Origin: Paramoeba atlantica
Lineage: Eukaryota > Protista > Discosea
Reading direction: 5' to 3'
Assembly: GCA_977017575.1 (NCBI GenBank)
Contig: CDRNVI010000060.1
Location: forward strand, 310,001 to 374,000
Length of the DNA stretch: 64,000 nucleotides
Part shown: in pieces, positions 1-11,434 of the stretch
Position numbering within the stretch: position 1 is the first letter of the stretch
Layout of the letters: each line of letters starts with the position of its first letter
Made by a program: the position numbers and the translations under genes
Notes under the pieces: generated by a model
Seen by the model: only the letters and a program-made list of their open reading frames with translations
The model's database searches: none
Told to the model about the DNA's origin: nothing

Positions 1-638
1 AGATTAAGTACACCACTTAATTGATTATTGTTCAAGTTAATATGGTAGAGAGTGGCGGGTAACGAAGAAAGATCAATCGTACCCTGAAACTGGTTGTAAC
101 CGGCATTAAAGCTGTTTATATTCGGGGGTAACTCAGTGAGGTCGACCGGGCCTCGCAGACGATTTTTGTGTATAATAAAATCTGCCATAGAGGCGGGAAG
201 TGCAGTGAAATCGAATACACCTTCATGGAGGTGCCCCGCAACGTTCAACAGTCTCAATGGAGCAGGCAAATCTGTAGAGGACAATGTCCCAGTGAGTCCT
301 GCTTTCTTCTGATGACAGGGCGCCATAACCAATATAACGTGGGGAGGTAGAAAATTCCATGTCACGTTCCCGGAAAGTCCGATTGCATTCCACCAGAGTT
401 GTGTGACTTGTGATTCACGGTTGCACGATACTCCTTTCCAAGAACATGCGGACTTCCTCTTCCACGAGGGAGGGGGGTCGTCAACATGCTGGACGAGCCG
501 ACGCATCATGTCGATCTCCGACATTGTAACTGGGCTAACTTTGCTTCCAAATTTTCGTCTCTTTTGAGCAGGTTGCTCTGGGGGTCTGTCTGCTGCGAAA
601 ATAAAACAAACAGGTAGCAGGCTAAACGTTGTGGCCAT
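1..638 (-). CDS. Leucine-rich repeat protein, 3'-truncated by the window edge (paralog of 58410..59582)
   Basis: Manual translation from the ATG at 638 is open to position 1: MATTFSLLPVCFIFAADRPPEQPAQKRRKFGSKVSP...ACSWKGVSCN...FDFTALPASM...VDLTELPPNI...IDLSSLPATL. Absent from the ORF track because it has no stop inside the window. Confidence 0.9.
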   Translation of the reverse strand, partial: MATTFSLLPVCFIFAADRPPEQPAQKRRKFGSKVSPVTMSEIDMMRRLVQHVDDPPPSWKRKSACSWKGVSCNRESQVTQLWWNAIGLSGNVTWNFLPPHVILVMAPCHQKKAGLTGTLSSTDLPAPLRLLNVAGHLHEGVFDFTALPASMADFIIHKNRLRGPVDLTELPPNINSFNAGYNQFQGTIDLSSLPATLYHINLNNNQLSGVLN

Positions 639-1066
639 ATTATGAGTAAGAAAAGAATATACTATTTTCGTACAAAAAATTATTTTACATGAAAGAGATA
701 ATTCGCTTTGCCCCAGAGAGTCACATTCGTATTATTTTCATTCGCGCCTTCTTTCGATATCCCGTAAATAATATTCCCCGTCATTAAATTACCCGTCAAT
801 ACATCTAGTGCTGTAACAGGGAACAAGTTCTCGACGACGCCTGCCATCGCGTGATAACTGTCATGTATCCCTTCCTCCTTTTTGGCCCGATTACACGGCT
901 GAACTGGTTTCCTGCTTCGCACGATATCCTATCCACTCTTTCCGAAACCATTACCCCCCCCCCCCGGAGGGGACGATGGAGAAGACAGGGAATCTGAACC
1001 GAACCCAGGTTCTACATGACTCGCCCTACATGTAGGTTACACAGCACAACATCGCAAAAACGGTGG

Positions 1067-2710
1067 CTATGCGCGACGAACCAGCGAACCCATCAACATC
1101 CATATCTGGTACAGGCTGCAAAGAAAATGCAGCGCACTAAGCGACCAGAGAGTGTAGATATCAAGCCGTCCCTCAAACTCAAAATGTGCAGCGCCTATGA
1201 TCCAAGCCACCAAAGCGACCAACTTCGGCATGGAGCTTTTCACCACGAGTCGAACCGCATGTTTGTATATTCTCATTGCGTTAAGATTCTCTTGGATCGA
1301 ATCTCTTCGTTTCGACAAATGCGTTTCGACAACGCATGTGGTGTACGGTATGATTAACGGGAGAACGCTGAGATACCAGACTGCATATTGCACTGTGTGG
1401 ACTTTATTAAACGTAACGAACAGCAGCGCGGTAAAGAACAAGCCCACCGGGAGACGCGCTCGTAGGGAATAGAAAACAGTAAGGATACAAACGAGCTGTA
1501 GAAGAAGAGGAACGTGTTTGGCGATGGCATACATTTGTGCCTCGTGTACTTCTGAATTCACGTCGGGTCTTAAATAAAACATGAGAAAGTAGGGCGAAAG
1601 ATTATGTCGGTGGTCAACGCGTGAGAAATGGTAGAGCATGCCCTCATAGAGGGCCTGAAATCCAAAAGCGAGATAGCCGAGCAGAAGGGTGCATAGAAAT
1701 GAAAAGGAGGCAGTGAGAAGAAAAACGGTCTTCGCCCGCAACCGCGGCAGCAGGGTGTCTGTATGAGGATGGAGTGACCCCAAAAGCAACAAGGGGGTAA
1801 AAAGAATAGGAAAGAGACGCAAATGCGTAGCAAGTCCAAACAGTGCCCCTGCAATCATCGGCCGATCCACACACAGGAAATACAGCGTACATAACATCGG
1901 GAGAGCTGCGGTTAGACTGTCCGCATTCCCTCTTGTAGAGATATTCAACACGAGAGGGTGCAATAAATACAGACTGGGGAGAAGCTGAGCCAATGTGTTG
2001 TCGAGCTCTTGTTTCGTTGAGGAACGAGATCCGATGCGCGATTTCGAGTTCAAGCGAGGGGACTGAGCATGAAGTATGATGCTCAGAATCTTTTGCAATA
2101 GCAAAGCTACAAGAATATCTGAAGCACAAAAGATAAGCTTTCCCCACAGAGATGAAATGCCTAATAAGTGACCTGGGGCTGTGATGAGCGCAAGCAGGGA
2201 GGAGTAGCGGTACGTTACTCGTTGAAATGGAGAGTGTTCCGGGAAATACGGCGCATTCTGAAAAATATCCTTAATCCTTCCATGAAATGTGTTCAAATGC
2301 TCACAACTTGTCTCTGGAAGAAATGTGTGACAGCACTGCTCTGTAAATCGACTAAATTGTGTATACCACGAATCCAGAGCATGACTTGTACAGTTCAATA
2401 TTTCATTGCTCTGTATGTAGGTCTGTAGCTGACGTTTTGATTTTTCCCTGTCGTTTTCCGATGAAATATTAAAGAACGGATATCGTGCATTTTTCTTTTC
2501 AGAGGGAGCTGTTAAATAAGAAGATCCTTGGTTTACGATATCATAATCAACATCCGTATAACGGGGCAGCCATCCGCTTGGATCATGAAGATAGGTCCCG
2601 TAGACTACTAAGAAAATTCGGATCAGAATCGCGGAACGGAACAAAAGAGAGGCGTCGATGTCGCACCGTGGTTTTGCAGTGCACTGTTTCGATGCACTAG
2701 ATGTTGGCAT
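1067..2710 (-). CDS. PIGM: GPI mannosyltransferase I (PIG-M/Gpi14)
   Basis: Motifs YTDVDY, PFQRVTYRY, ISTRGNADS, HFSRVDHRHNLSPYF, FNKVHTVQY; multiple hydrophobic TM segments; ~90-aa insertion after the DXD motif. Confidence 0.93.
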   Translation of the reverse strand: MPTSSASKQCTAKPRCDIDASLLFRSAILIRIFLVVYGTYLHDPSGWLPRYTDVDYDIVNQGSSYLTAPSEKKNARYPFFNISSENDREKSKRQLQTYIQSNEILNCTSHALDSWYTQFSRFTEQCCHTFLPETSCEHLNTFHGRIKDIFQNAPYFPEHSPFQRVTYRYSSLLALITAPGHLLGISSLWGKLIFCASDILVALLLQKILSIILHAQSPRLNSKSRIGSRSSTKQELDNTLAQLLPSLYLLHPLVLNISTRGNADSLTAALPMLCTLYFLCVDRPMIAGALFGLATHLRLFPILFTPLLLLGSLHPHTDTLLPRLRAKTVFLLTASFSFLCTLLLGYLAFGFQALYEGMLYHFSRVDHRHNLSPYFLMFYLRPDVNSEVHEAQMYAIAKHVPLLLQLVCILTVFYSLRARLPVGLFFTALLFVTFNKVHTVQYAVWYLSVLPLIIPYTTCVVETHLSKRRDSIQENLNAMRIYKHAVRLVVKSSMPKLVALVAWIIGAAHFEFEGRLDIYTLWSLSALHFLCSLYQIWMLMGSLVRRA

Positions 2711-2877
2711 TCTCCGAGTTCAAAGTAGAAACGTAATTTCCTTAAAAGAGTAGATCTTTTGGAACGTAAAGACGTATTCACTTAAAAACATAAGAAACAT
2801 GATTTTCTATTATTGGTCGTCATAATTTAAACCTCTAACCACCCTCTAAGACGTATCACACGTCATTGACGCCTCTC

Positions 2878-3915
2878 TCAAAGGGCTATCTCTCGTCGGT
2901 TCTTCTCTCGTTTGCGCTCCCACTCAAGTTCCATGTGCTTCCCTTGGCTAGGGTGACTATTTTGATAGGTATCCTTATACACATGCGTGAGGCGTAACGT
3001 AAACCGCGGCCCCAACTCTTGAATCGCCACCTCCTCCATATCCTTAAAAATATACCGATGGGCTCGGACAAAAATAAAGTCCCTTTTATGCAACATCGAC
3101 ACAATCGCGCGTCCTCGAAAATCCCGCGCAATCGGAAACATCGAGGACAGCATCCGCCCCACCCGCTTCCCCACTGCGGTATCAAAATTCCTCAAAAACA
3201 GCTCCGGGACATGCCCGGTACGCTCCCCCGCATTCTCAATCTCCTTGGCCAGTTGCAAACTACTGAGGCGAAATTTCATGGTCGGTCCCGTCGGGAGGTG
3301 ACACAGGGTCATCCCGACGACCCGTCCATGACTTTGGGACAAACTCACCACATGGGTGAAATGCGCCTTCCGCGCGTACCCACACACCTCACGCAGCGGG
3401 TACCGCCCCCGGGGGTAGTACTTCGCCCCGGGGAACAGCCACTTGAGCTCCGTGATGGCACGCTTGGTGCGCACACAGGGGGCGTAGCATGTGGTGAGCA
3501 ACACTTTACGAGGGCTCCCCCCCGCGAGCTCTCCCGTAAAATGAGGGGTAAACTCATCCACGGGGGCTTTTGCGAGTTCCGTACTCTCCGCCGTACTGGG
3601 GATTACGTTTTGTTGATCCATGGTGGGATCGGGTTCGCGGAAATCCTCCTGGGATTTCGGGACCGGTTTGGGACACTTTTCGGGTCCTTTTTTCTTTTCT
3701 TCTTTGCGTCGGGCCAGGCGACGGGCGCGCTTGGCCTCGGCCTTGGCCCCACGCAGGCGGTGGTAGGCCTCGGAGCGGGCCACGCGGTTACGTTGGGTGC
3801 GTAGCCGTCGGTCGCGTAGGGCCAGGGTGGAGGGGTCGAGGGCGTTGGGGGTTCGTGCGCGTTGGGGTTTGGATCCCGGTTTACGGGAGGAGGAGGAGGT
3901 TCGTTTTCGTTTCAT
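2878..3915 (-). CDS. RPF1: Brix-domain ribosome biogenesis protein, RPF1-like
   Basis: Basic N-terminus; KVLLTT, HLPTGPTMKFRLSS, HVPELFLRNFDT, RDFIFVRAHRYIF, IQELGPRFTLRL. Confidence 0.88.
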   Translation of the reverse strand: MKRKRTSSSSRKPGSKPQRARTPNALDPSTLALRDRRLRTQRNRVARSEAYHRLRGAKAEAKRARRLARRKEEKKKGPEKCPKPVPKSQEDFREPDPTMDQQNVIPSTAESTELAKAPVDEFTPHFTGELAGGSPRKVLLTTCYAPCVRTKRAITELKWLFPGAKYYPRGRYPLREVCGYARKAHFTHVVSLSQSHGRVVGMTLCHLPTGPTMKFRLSSLQLAKEIENAGERTGHVPELFLRNFDTAVGKRVGRMLSSMFPIARDFRGRAIVSMLHKRDFIFVRAHRYIFKDMEEVAIQELGPRFTLRLTHVYKDTYQNSHPSQGKHMELEWERKREKNRREIAL

Positions 3916-3950
3916 GGGGGGGGGGGGAAGAGGTGAGAAAAGGAAGTAAT
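3916..3950 (-). promoter_or_regulatory. C-rich polypyrimidine tract upstream of the start codon (putative trans-splicing signal)
   Basis: The + strand is a G/A run (gggggggggggaagaggtgagaaaaggaag) immediately 5' of the ATG on the coding strand. Similar tracts lie at 5773-5890, 12284-12325 and 63780-64000. Confidence 0.5.
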
Positions 3951-4272
3951 TAAGGTGAAATGCTTTTTAGAAGGCGAAATAAAGGTGGAAATGGTGCACA
4001 AAAGAAGTGACTCGATGAATTCGTGGCGTTCATGTTCAGTTTTAGATGTTGGATTATTACACTGAAAAGTGCTAAGACGGGGAAGGACTTATCTACATGT
4101 CTATTTTTGAGGCTACAGTAAAATCTATTTGCGTGAATCGAAGAAAGGCGTTAAACAAGTTCAAAACTTGGTAAAATACAGAGGTATTAGCCGATGATCA
4201 AATATCTTTCTCACCCAAGTGTGCAAACGCGGCACTTGTACTCCACTCCCTGATTGTCTTACAGCCCATGCA

Positions 4273-5772
4273 CTAGCTGATTGTAATCACGGGTGCCAGC
4301 TTTGAAGCCCGCACACGAGGCACAGGGACCTTCCTGACGCCTCCTACGTCAACCTCCTCGGTTGGTTTCGGGCGGCTGCTCACCTCTATTCTTGTCGTTT
4401 TCTTTGCTCGCGGCACCGCAGTCTCCTCTGTGGGTTCCGCTTTTGTGCCTACACGACAACGAGCCGCCAGTTCCTCTAAGAGTTTGGGGCGCAACCCACC
4501 CGTACCCTCCTGAGGACTGGAGCCTTGGCTCTGTAACACCCCCGGGGGACGTGTACGTTTTCCAAGCTGGATGGTCGGAAATAATTTAAGAAGAGGTTCT
4601 TTGGAGAATACCTCTCGATGAATTTTGACAATGCGTGAACTGACAGTACCTGGGGTAAGGGAGAGAGTGACACATGCACAGGGCGGAAGCCAGGGGACGG
4701 AGGGAGCCATAGTACTGGGGGGAACAGAAGTTTTGGAGTGCTCTGCCTCTATCCGGTGGAAAAGTGTGTCTAAGCTATCCTGCGGGGCATCGGAGGGTAG
4801 AGGGGTGTACTGTTCCTCATGTCCACTGTCTACGTTACCTTCCCTCTTCTCCCTTTTATCTCCGCGTGTGTCGAAAAAGATCGTCTGCTTCATTCGCTGT
4901 GCCTCCTCACTCATCGTCCCGCGCGCGCTCAGATAAATATCCCATACGGTCGTGAGATGCGGCATCACGTCCCAGATATAAAAATTATACAACTCAAAGG
5001 TTAACACATCCACACAATGCCGTGTCAAGGTTTTTAGCACCACCTCGGAACTTCGCGTGAACTCCGCATTATGCATGTGGCCCATCACCGCGAGGAGGTA
5101 CCCCTGGGCTTTACGATCCATCCCCAGGACCTCGGCCACAGCTTTTACATTCTTATCCGAGACCACTTCCTGAGCCAGGGCCCCAATTTGGATCGCATTC
5201 CAATGAGGGTACAGCCGAAACAGCAACAACGTAACCTCTCGTCGTAATACCGCCCTACCGCGGTATTCGTATACTTTCGAGATATTGGTTCCCGGGGTTC
5301 CCCTGGATACCGGGGACCCCTTTGCGGTTTGGCTTTCCTTTCTTCCCCCCTCCTGCTCCTCCCCCCCCATCGGGAACACCTCCTGCCCGAGCAGCTGCTC
5401 CACCAGGGCCGCGAGCTGGTACCGCCGGGTCTCGTTCGGGAAGGTCCGTTCTTGGGCGAGCACGGAGGAGGAGATCCCCAGCGCGGCCTGCAGCCCGGTC
5501 TCCAGCAGGTGGCGGGACCGGGCGGGCTGGAAGGAGTGGAAGTGGGACCCGAGGGTGCGGAGCGCGATGTGGCGCGGGGTGAGCAGGTGGGGGACCCAGC
5601 GGGGGACGGGGAGACGGCACAGGATGCAGTGGGTACGGCGAAGGTCATGGGGGGTAGTAGGGGGTGAAGGAGAGGTGGGGGATAACGAGGAGGGCAGAGA
5701 CAGGGGGGTGAGAGAGGAGGAGAAGGCAGAGCGGCGAAGATAGGGGGTTGGGGCGAAGAGGGCGGGTTTCAT
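4273..5772 (-). CDS. Hypothetical protein (499 aa; true start may be downstream)
   Basis: Long ORF on the same strand as all host genes, preceded by a pyrimidine tract; no family recognised. Confidence 0.65.
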   Translation of the reverse strand: MKPALFAPTPYLRRSAFSSSLTPLSLPSSLSPTSPSPPTTPHDLRRTHCILCRLPVPRWVPHLLTPRHIALRTLGSHFHSFQPARSRHLLETGLQAALGISSSVLAQERTFPNETRRYQLAALVEQLLGQEVFPMGGEEQEGGRKESQTAKGSPVSRGTPGTNISKVYEYRGRAVLRREVTLLLFRLYPHWNAIQIGALAQEVVSDKNVKAVAEVLGMDRKAQGYLLAVMGHMHNAEFTRSSEVVLKTLTRHCVDVLTFELYNFYIWDVMPHLTTVWDIYLSARGTMSEEAQRMKQTIFFDTRGDKREKREGNVDSGHEEQYTPLPSDAPQDSLDTLFHRIEAEHSKTSVPPSTMAPSVPWLPPCACVTLSLTPGTVSSRIVKIHREVFSKEPLLKLFPTIQLGKRTRPPGVLQSQGSSPQEGTGGLRPKLLEELAARCRVGTKAEPTEETAVPRAKKTTRIEVSSRPKPTEEVDVGGVRKVPVPRVRASKLAPVITIS

Positions 5773-6012
5773 TGTCCTAGGGGAGATGGGGTGGGGATGA
5801 CGGAGGTGGTTTTAGGGGAAGAGAGGGTGGATCGGTGTAAAGACAGACATGAGAGGGGGGAAGGAGAGCGAGAAAGGAAGGGAAAAGAGTGTATTTTCTA
5901 GAAAAGGGAAGAACTTTTTAAGGTAGCATTCTTTTACGTAATATTCTTTTACGCGGCGTCTCATGTTTTTATTCGTTTTTAATATGGTTTTAAATAGTGT
6001 GGATGAGTTATA

Positions 6013-6163
6013 TTTTGGTTTCTTCGCTAAACGCGGTGGTTGTTTTCAACTTAGAACTCACTCACGCTGCGAGCTTCGCGTTGTAAATTCAACTTAGAAG
6101 GCACCACTGCTGCTCGCTTCGCGTTCAAAACTACCTCGGCATCTAACGAAGCGACTAAAAAAG
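6013..6163. repeat. Degenerate copy of the dispersed palindromic element, with a duplicated loop
   Basis: Arms ttcttcgctaaacgcggtggttgttttcaac and gttcaaaactacctcggcatctaacgaag; two copies of the ttagaa...gcttcgc loop. Confidence 0.8.
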
Positions 6164-8377
6164 GAAAGCTTCTGAAAGATCATGAATAATCCTATAACTT
6201 GGGTAAAAATACACGAATTTTACCCCAGATTTTAGTCGTCTTTGATGCCTTACCAGGAGTGATACGGGGCAAATCTGATCAAAAAACGTCGTAGAATGGT
6301 AGCTGAGGTCACAAAATACGTTTTAGTTGGCGTTTTTGGAATAAGTAAGGGGAGTAATGGTACCTTGTCTTCTTCTCCTTCGCCAACCGCTCCCTCTCTC
6401 TCCGCTACATCCTATCCCCCTACCACTCCCCCATATCATGTTCCCTCTGCCCTACCGCGCAACCTACCGCTCCAGCCTCCTCTCCAGACGTTATTCCCCT
6501 TTTACGAAAGGAAACGATGAGTACTGCTTAATTGCAGCGTTGAGCGTCCAGCGGACCGACACAGAAACACAGAAAACGACACAGAAACACCCGGATGCAC
6601 ATGTTTGCCTTGGCGGCGGGCATCAGAGCCGGTAACTCAGAAGTCGCACTAAAGCCGAATTACCTTCAAGGAAATCACCTTCGCTGTTTTCTCGCAGTGG
6701 ATATTTTGTTTGGGATAAAGCATATTTTTTTTAATGCATGGGATAAAGCATACCCTGGTGGGTAATATGTGGTATTTTACCACGTATTAACAAATTTAAC
6801 TGACTACTCTCGCAAGAAAGATATTCCCTACAATTAGGATATCTAGTTCAAGAAAAGTCTTTAAACAACAGTTTAAACAACAGCTTACTGTTCTGTTCTG
6901 CACACTATGAATATAAACCACCGTCCGGGTTATTATACCTAGGGACACCTATTGTACCTCCTACGTATAATAAGTGTCCCTAGGGTCCTTATTATACCTC
7001 CCCCCCTACCGCATCAGAGGCAGGTACAGAACTTACATGACCGTAAATTTGGATGTTGGAGGGGTCTAAAATTTGTAAAACTTGGCCCATTTTCGAAAGT
7101 TATAGCGCATTCGAGATCTCTCGAACAGGGCTCATGAACGTGCAGGCACGGAATCTGCGCTATTTGGATTTTCGATTTTTTTTACCCTTTTTACAAAGCA
7201 AAGTTATTATACCTAGGGACACTTATTGCGGTGGTTGTATAACTACCGCTCTACCCTCGATTATTGCAAAAAAAGTGAACAAAAACAGTGAAAATCTAAA
7301 GTGGAAAACAGTCATATAATAGAAGAAAAATTTATAAAAGGGGCTCCGGTGGTCCAAAAATTTTCAAATAAAATCGGACCCTTGGGGGGTCCATGGGGGG
7401 GGTCCATGGGGGGGGGGGCATACCGCACGAATTTTTTTTGAAAAAAATATTTTTCGAAACAAAACCGCAGAAGGGGTAGCCGGGGTCTTGGCGCGTATTT
7501 TCCACCCCCCTACCCGGGGGTGACCCCCCCTCGTATCCGCAGGACGGGTCCGCTAAGTTCGGATTTTTTCGAAAAAAAAATTGAAAAAAAATTCAACTTG
7601 GTGTTGAATCATCTCTTCTTGATTCTCAATTCTTGGTGTTGAATCACTCAATGTGATTTGGCATTATTCTAAGATATTCTAAGACACTTTGCGACAGTTT
7701 TCCCTGATATATACAATAAAATTCATCGATACCCTGTAAGATTATCAGTGGTAATCTCAGATTTCAAATGAACCGATTGATCTTCGTCGACACGAAGTTC
7801 CCTTACTAAACAAGATAAATTGATTACCTCATTCGCGTGCTGAGACTATGTAGAACGTTAAAAATTAACGCAGGTTTCATAATATCGGAGCGCATCTGAA
7901 AAAAGCGGCGACGTTTGCTGAGTAATGAGTCGCCAAATACGCAATTTGGCGACTAGGCAGGATTTAGAGAGGAAAAAGGCCAAAACTTGGGAACCGTTAA
8001 ATGGCACTTTATACCGTCTTCAAGCTTCTTGAAACGTTTGTTTTTACGTGGTATCTCGCCACAGATAATACGTGGTGTATTCGCCCACACAAGTGTTTCT
8101 AAAGACATATAGGCAGATTTTCTTCCGTTTTTCGTAATATTAAGCTGAGAAACACCAAGAATGAAAACATTATGCACCCCACACGATTCATAGAGAGAAG
8201 AGGGGATTCGAAACGTGGACAAAAATGGGTGAAAAGTCAATAGAATAGCCGAATTTGATCAATGAAAGATCATTTTTGTTTCTAAAAATTTAAGTGAAAA
8301 ACGGAGAAAAATTCAAAAAATTGGGGTACATTTTCACCATAGAATACCCAAAATATTATTTCAACAATTTTTTCACT

Positions 8378-8808
8378 ATTGTATTTTGAGAGTTTGGGAC
8401 CTATACTAGCCTTCTACACCGTCGTTTTCGCCAGATACCCCTTCTTCTAGCCGTGGCACGCCTCCCAAAATGGCCCATTTTTGACCAAAAAGTGCGAAAA
8501 AGTAATTTTCGGACCCAAAAGGGTCATTTTATGTCAAAAGAATGGTGTGGTTGGAGTCGCATTCTGTACCCAATATGTTCGGTAGGCTTCCATTCACGCC
8601 TACGAATGATTTCCCACACGCAAATATCAGATTTAGTGCTCTGAGAGCAAATATACGCAAAAATCACCCCATTTGTACTCAAAAATCGGCTATTTTTGGC
8701 TATACTCTCTCCTTCTTCAGTTAACCAGGCCAAATTTTCTTTTTTAGGCTCTTCGTTAAACGCGGTGGTAGTTTTCAACGCGAAGCTCGCAGCGTGAGTG
8801 ACTTCTAA
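8378..8808 (+). repeat. ~430-bp repeat, inverted homolog of 14494..14924
   Basis: Direct nucleotide similarity; the spurious ORFs 8453..8644(+) and 14662..14886(-) translate alike (SKEWCGWS...SDLVL). Confidence 0.85.
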
Positions 8809-8850
8809 GTTGAAAACAACCACCGCGTTTAACGAAGAACCTAAAAAAGA
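8738..8850. repeat. Palindromic element: 42-bp arms (40/42 paired) around a 29-nt loop
   Basis: Left arm 8738-8779 is the reverse complement of 8809-8850 with 2 mismatches; loop gcgaagctcgcagcgtgagtgacttctaa. Confidence 0.92.
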
Positions 8851-8919
8851 TTATACCTAGGGACACTTATTATACCTCCTAGGTATAATAACCCGGACGG
8901 TGGATTAGTTTTATGTTCA

Positions 8920-9450
8920 TTGCTCTTTAGGGTGCTATTTAGCATTATTTTATTCCTCCGAAAACTTCCAATTAATGAGAGGACGATCGCCCGTCGGAAA
9001 CTTACTATTTACCTATTCCGAGACCTCCTCATCGCCCACCCGCAATCCCTCAAGACATTAACATTAAGAATGTCCTCCGGGAGGGACATTTCTGATAACA
9101 AAACTATTAAATTTCTTCCACACCGCGAGGGAATGAAGCCTCTTTCACATACTCTCTTGGCAGCATTGCCGTGCCTCGAAGCACAAACTAATGCGTCGAC
9201 CGAGGGCCTTCTAAAGTTTGTGAGTGCATACGAAGGATCACGCCCTGACATTTCCCCAGACCTAATTCTTTCGAAGTTACCGTGTACCAAAAAATATCAC
9301 CTGTCCGAGAAAGTCCTGGCTACCGAAATATGGGGGCTAGTTCATAAGGCGGTCTCTGAAAGTGACTTCTTTGGTCTAGCTGTGGACGGAGGAATCGATA
9401 ACGTGAAACATCAAAACATATTGGTTGGTGTTTTGCATGCAGGAGCTTAG
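8920..9450 (+). pseudogene. hAT-like transposase fragment (region of the first catalytic Asp)
   Basis: FFGLAVDGGIDNVKHQNILV resembles the hAT/DUF659 first-Asp motif; homologous to 29582..30370 (FFGLAIDGGVD). Confidence 0.55.
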
Positions 9451-9534
9451 TTTTTTCTGTCTCCGATCTATTACACGCGTTACAAAGCGTTTAATGTCTC
9501 GTCAATGGTGTCCTCGGCTTTCTTGTCGTGTAAG

Positions 9535-9630
9535 GAAAGTGTAACGGAAGTTCGCAGAGGAACAGTGGTGATGCTATGCTACAAGTTCTGGAGAACTTGC
9601 AGACGCATTCGACATGCATTCATCTTTAAG
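9535..9630 (+). pseudogene. 3' remnant of the Merlin-type transposase
   Basis: Aligns at DNA and protein level to 43630-43726 (AMLQVLENLQTHSTCIHL vs VMLRVLQNLQEHCICIHL). Confidence 0.65.
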
Positions 9631-9911
9631 TCTGATAATTCGGGTAAGAAAAGTCTGAAGATATTGAAGTGAGAAGTAAATCAATTTTCATTTCTTTGTG
9701 TTGGGAGCGACTAGCTTCGAAATAGAGGTAGTATTTATTGGAAATAAATAAAAATCAAGAAAAGGATAGAACTTATTTTGATGTTTTTGTTACAGTCACA
9801 TAGCGAACGTCCAGTATCCAACAGTCCAGTTGAAAACAAACACCATTACTGTTTCTTAACTCCCAAAAAGAAAATATGCGAGTACTCACTCATAATTTTC
9901 GTTGAACTCAG

Positions 9912-10514
9912 CTAATAATTCACTTCAACCCTTGTTCCCACAAACAGGTAGCTCCCAGTTCGTAGCGGATGCGGCAGGTCTCTGACACTGATGATTCCAC
10001 CCATATTACCATTGAACTCCCCATGCAAGTGCATCATTCCATTGGGCAGACTACCGAAGTCTACGTCTCCGGAAAAGTCGTTGTATCCGAATTTTAAACT
10101 CACCAAGGTGGGGGGAAGCTGCGTTAGCTCGGGACAGCCCACAAACCGGTTATTGTCGATCGCGAGCGTCACCAGGTGCGGTGGCAACATAGTGAGATTC
10201 GTGTCCCCTTCCAGTCCGTTATGCGAGAGAATCACGTGCTCCAACGTGAGGGGAAGACAAGTCCAGGACAACTGCCCTCGGATCTGATAATCTGACCAAT
10301 GCAGACGCTTCGCCCCCTGGGGGCTCACCATGACGCCTTGCCACTCGCTCAGAGGGCGATCTGGGGTCCAGGAGGGCTTGAGGTTTTCAGCGCTTTGTAG
10401 GAAATTAATCAGTTGGTACTCCTGCGGGAGGGCCGCACGACGAACTTTGGCGGGTCGTAGGGGCCCGTCTTCAGCTAGAAGACAGACGGGGAGGAAGAGG
10501 AACTGAAACGTCAT
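9912..10514 (-). CDS. Leucine-rich repeat protein (200 aa)
   Basis: Cap SWTPDRPLSEWQGV followed by NxLxGxxxLTxLPxxL repeats; hydrophobic leader MTFQFLFLPVCLLAED. Confidence 0.88.
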   Translation of the reverse strand: MTFQFLFLPVCLLAEDGPLRPAKVRRAALPQEYQLINFLQSAENLKPSWTPDRPLSEWQGVMVSPQGAKRLHWSDYQIRGQLSWTCLPLTLEHVILSHNGLEGDTNLTMLPPHLVTLAIDNNRFVGCPELTQLPPTLVSLKFGYNDFSGDVDFGSLPNGMMHLHGEFNGNMGGIISVRDLPHPLRTGSYLFVGTRVEVNY

Positions 10515-10652
10515 TGCGTGAGTCGTAAAATGGAGTAGATGGGTAAGAGAGAACGGTGTTGAGAAAAAGGTGAAATTGTAGTGAGTAATAAGGATTAAAA
10601 GGGTGTCATCATAAAATTGTACATGTGTAGAATTACATGTGGAAATGATACG

Positions 10653-11120
10653 TTACCATTCATCATGTTTTGCCCTGTTTCGCTCTCTTAGAGAGTTTTG
10701 CTTTTTTTCGTATTTTCCTGCGAGTCTATCGGCGACCTGCTCTCCTCTTTGGGATTTTCGACCCTTGCGTAGCGCCTTCTTCCTCCCCATTGTTTCATGG
10801 GTCTGCTCTTTCTCTGTTTTCTGGTTGAATGTTACGTCGAGCCTAAGCTCTCGATTCCGTCGTTTCGCTTTAGGACGCATAGGAGGCGAGTCTGTGGAAG
10901 AGGAATTATTTCGCAGAGTGGGAAATTTACCTTGTTTATGAATCCCTCGTCGCGGTCGAGTCCTCTGTCGGATATCTAGCATTGACTCTAAGTGTTTTTC
11001 AAGGTCGGTTGCTGAAATTTCTTCCCCCACAACCGACCTCTTTTTTTGTTTCTCTTTAGTATATTGTTGATGTCGCTTTTTGCGACGAAGCATGCGTGTG
11101 GGTCCCGCCTTTAATTTCAT
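10653..11120 (-). CDS. Basic K/R-rich protein, possibly an Alb1-like ribosome biogenesis factor
   Basis: C-terminus RKSQRGEQVADRLAGKYEKKQNSLRERNRAKHDEW loosely resembles the Alb1 family; on the gene strand. Confidence 0.45.
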   Translation of the reverse strand: MKLKAGPTRMLRRKKRHQQYTKEKQKKRSVVGEEISATDLEKHLESMLDIRQRTRPRRGIHKQGKFPTLRNNSSSTDSPPMRPKAKRRNRELRLDVTFNQKTEKEQTHETMGRKKALRKGRKSQRGEQVADRLAGKYEKKQNSLRERNRAKHDEW

Positions 11121-11434
11121 TTGTTACAAATTGTAAATAACACACTAGCACTTTTTTAATACACTTAACTCTTACAATAAACGAAAAACAAAAAATGTTG
11201 CAGAAAATCTCTCTTGCAAAAGATCCTTGATAATTATGAGAAAGTGTTCGGCACAATCGTTTTCGATGTAAGCTCATACGCCGAATCATGCTGAAAATCT
11301 CTGCGTAGCGACTCCTTATAAATAAAATCCTTTTTTACTATTCGCCATCCTCAGCAAACCCCAACACAATCTTCCTTCCCAGCACTCTTCATTGACCTTA
11401 CCTCTTTGTAAAAAACAGCACGCCCCTCTCCACC

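Larger units (their letters stand above)
6916..8905. mobile_element. Non-autonomous DNA element with TA|AACC-type terminal inverted repeats
   Basis: ccaccgtccgggttattatacctagg at 6918-6943 is exactly inverted at 8878-8903, with TA outside both ends. Another left end lies at 42493. Confidence 0.8.
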
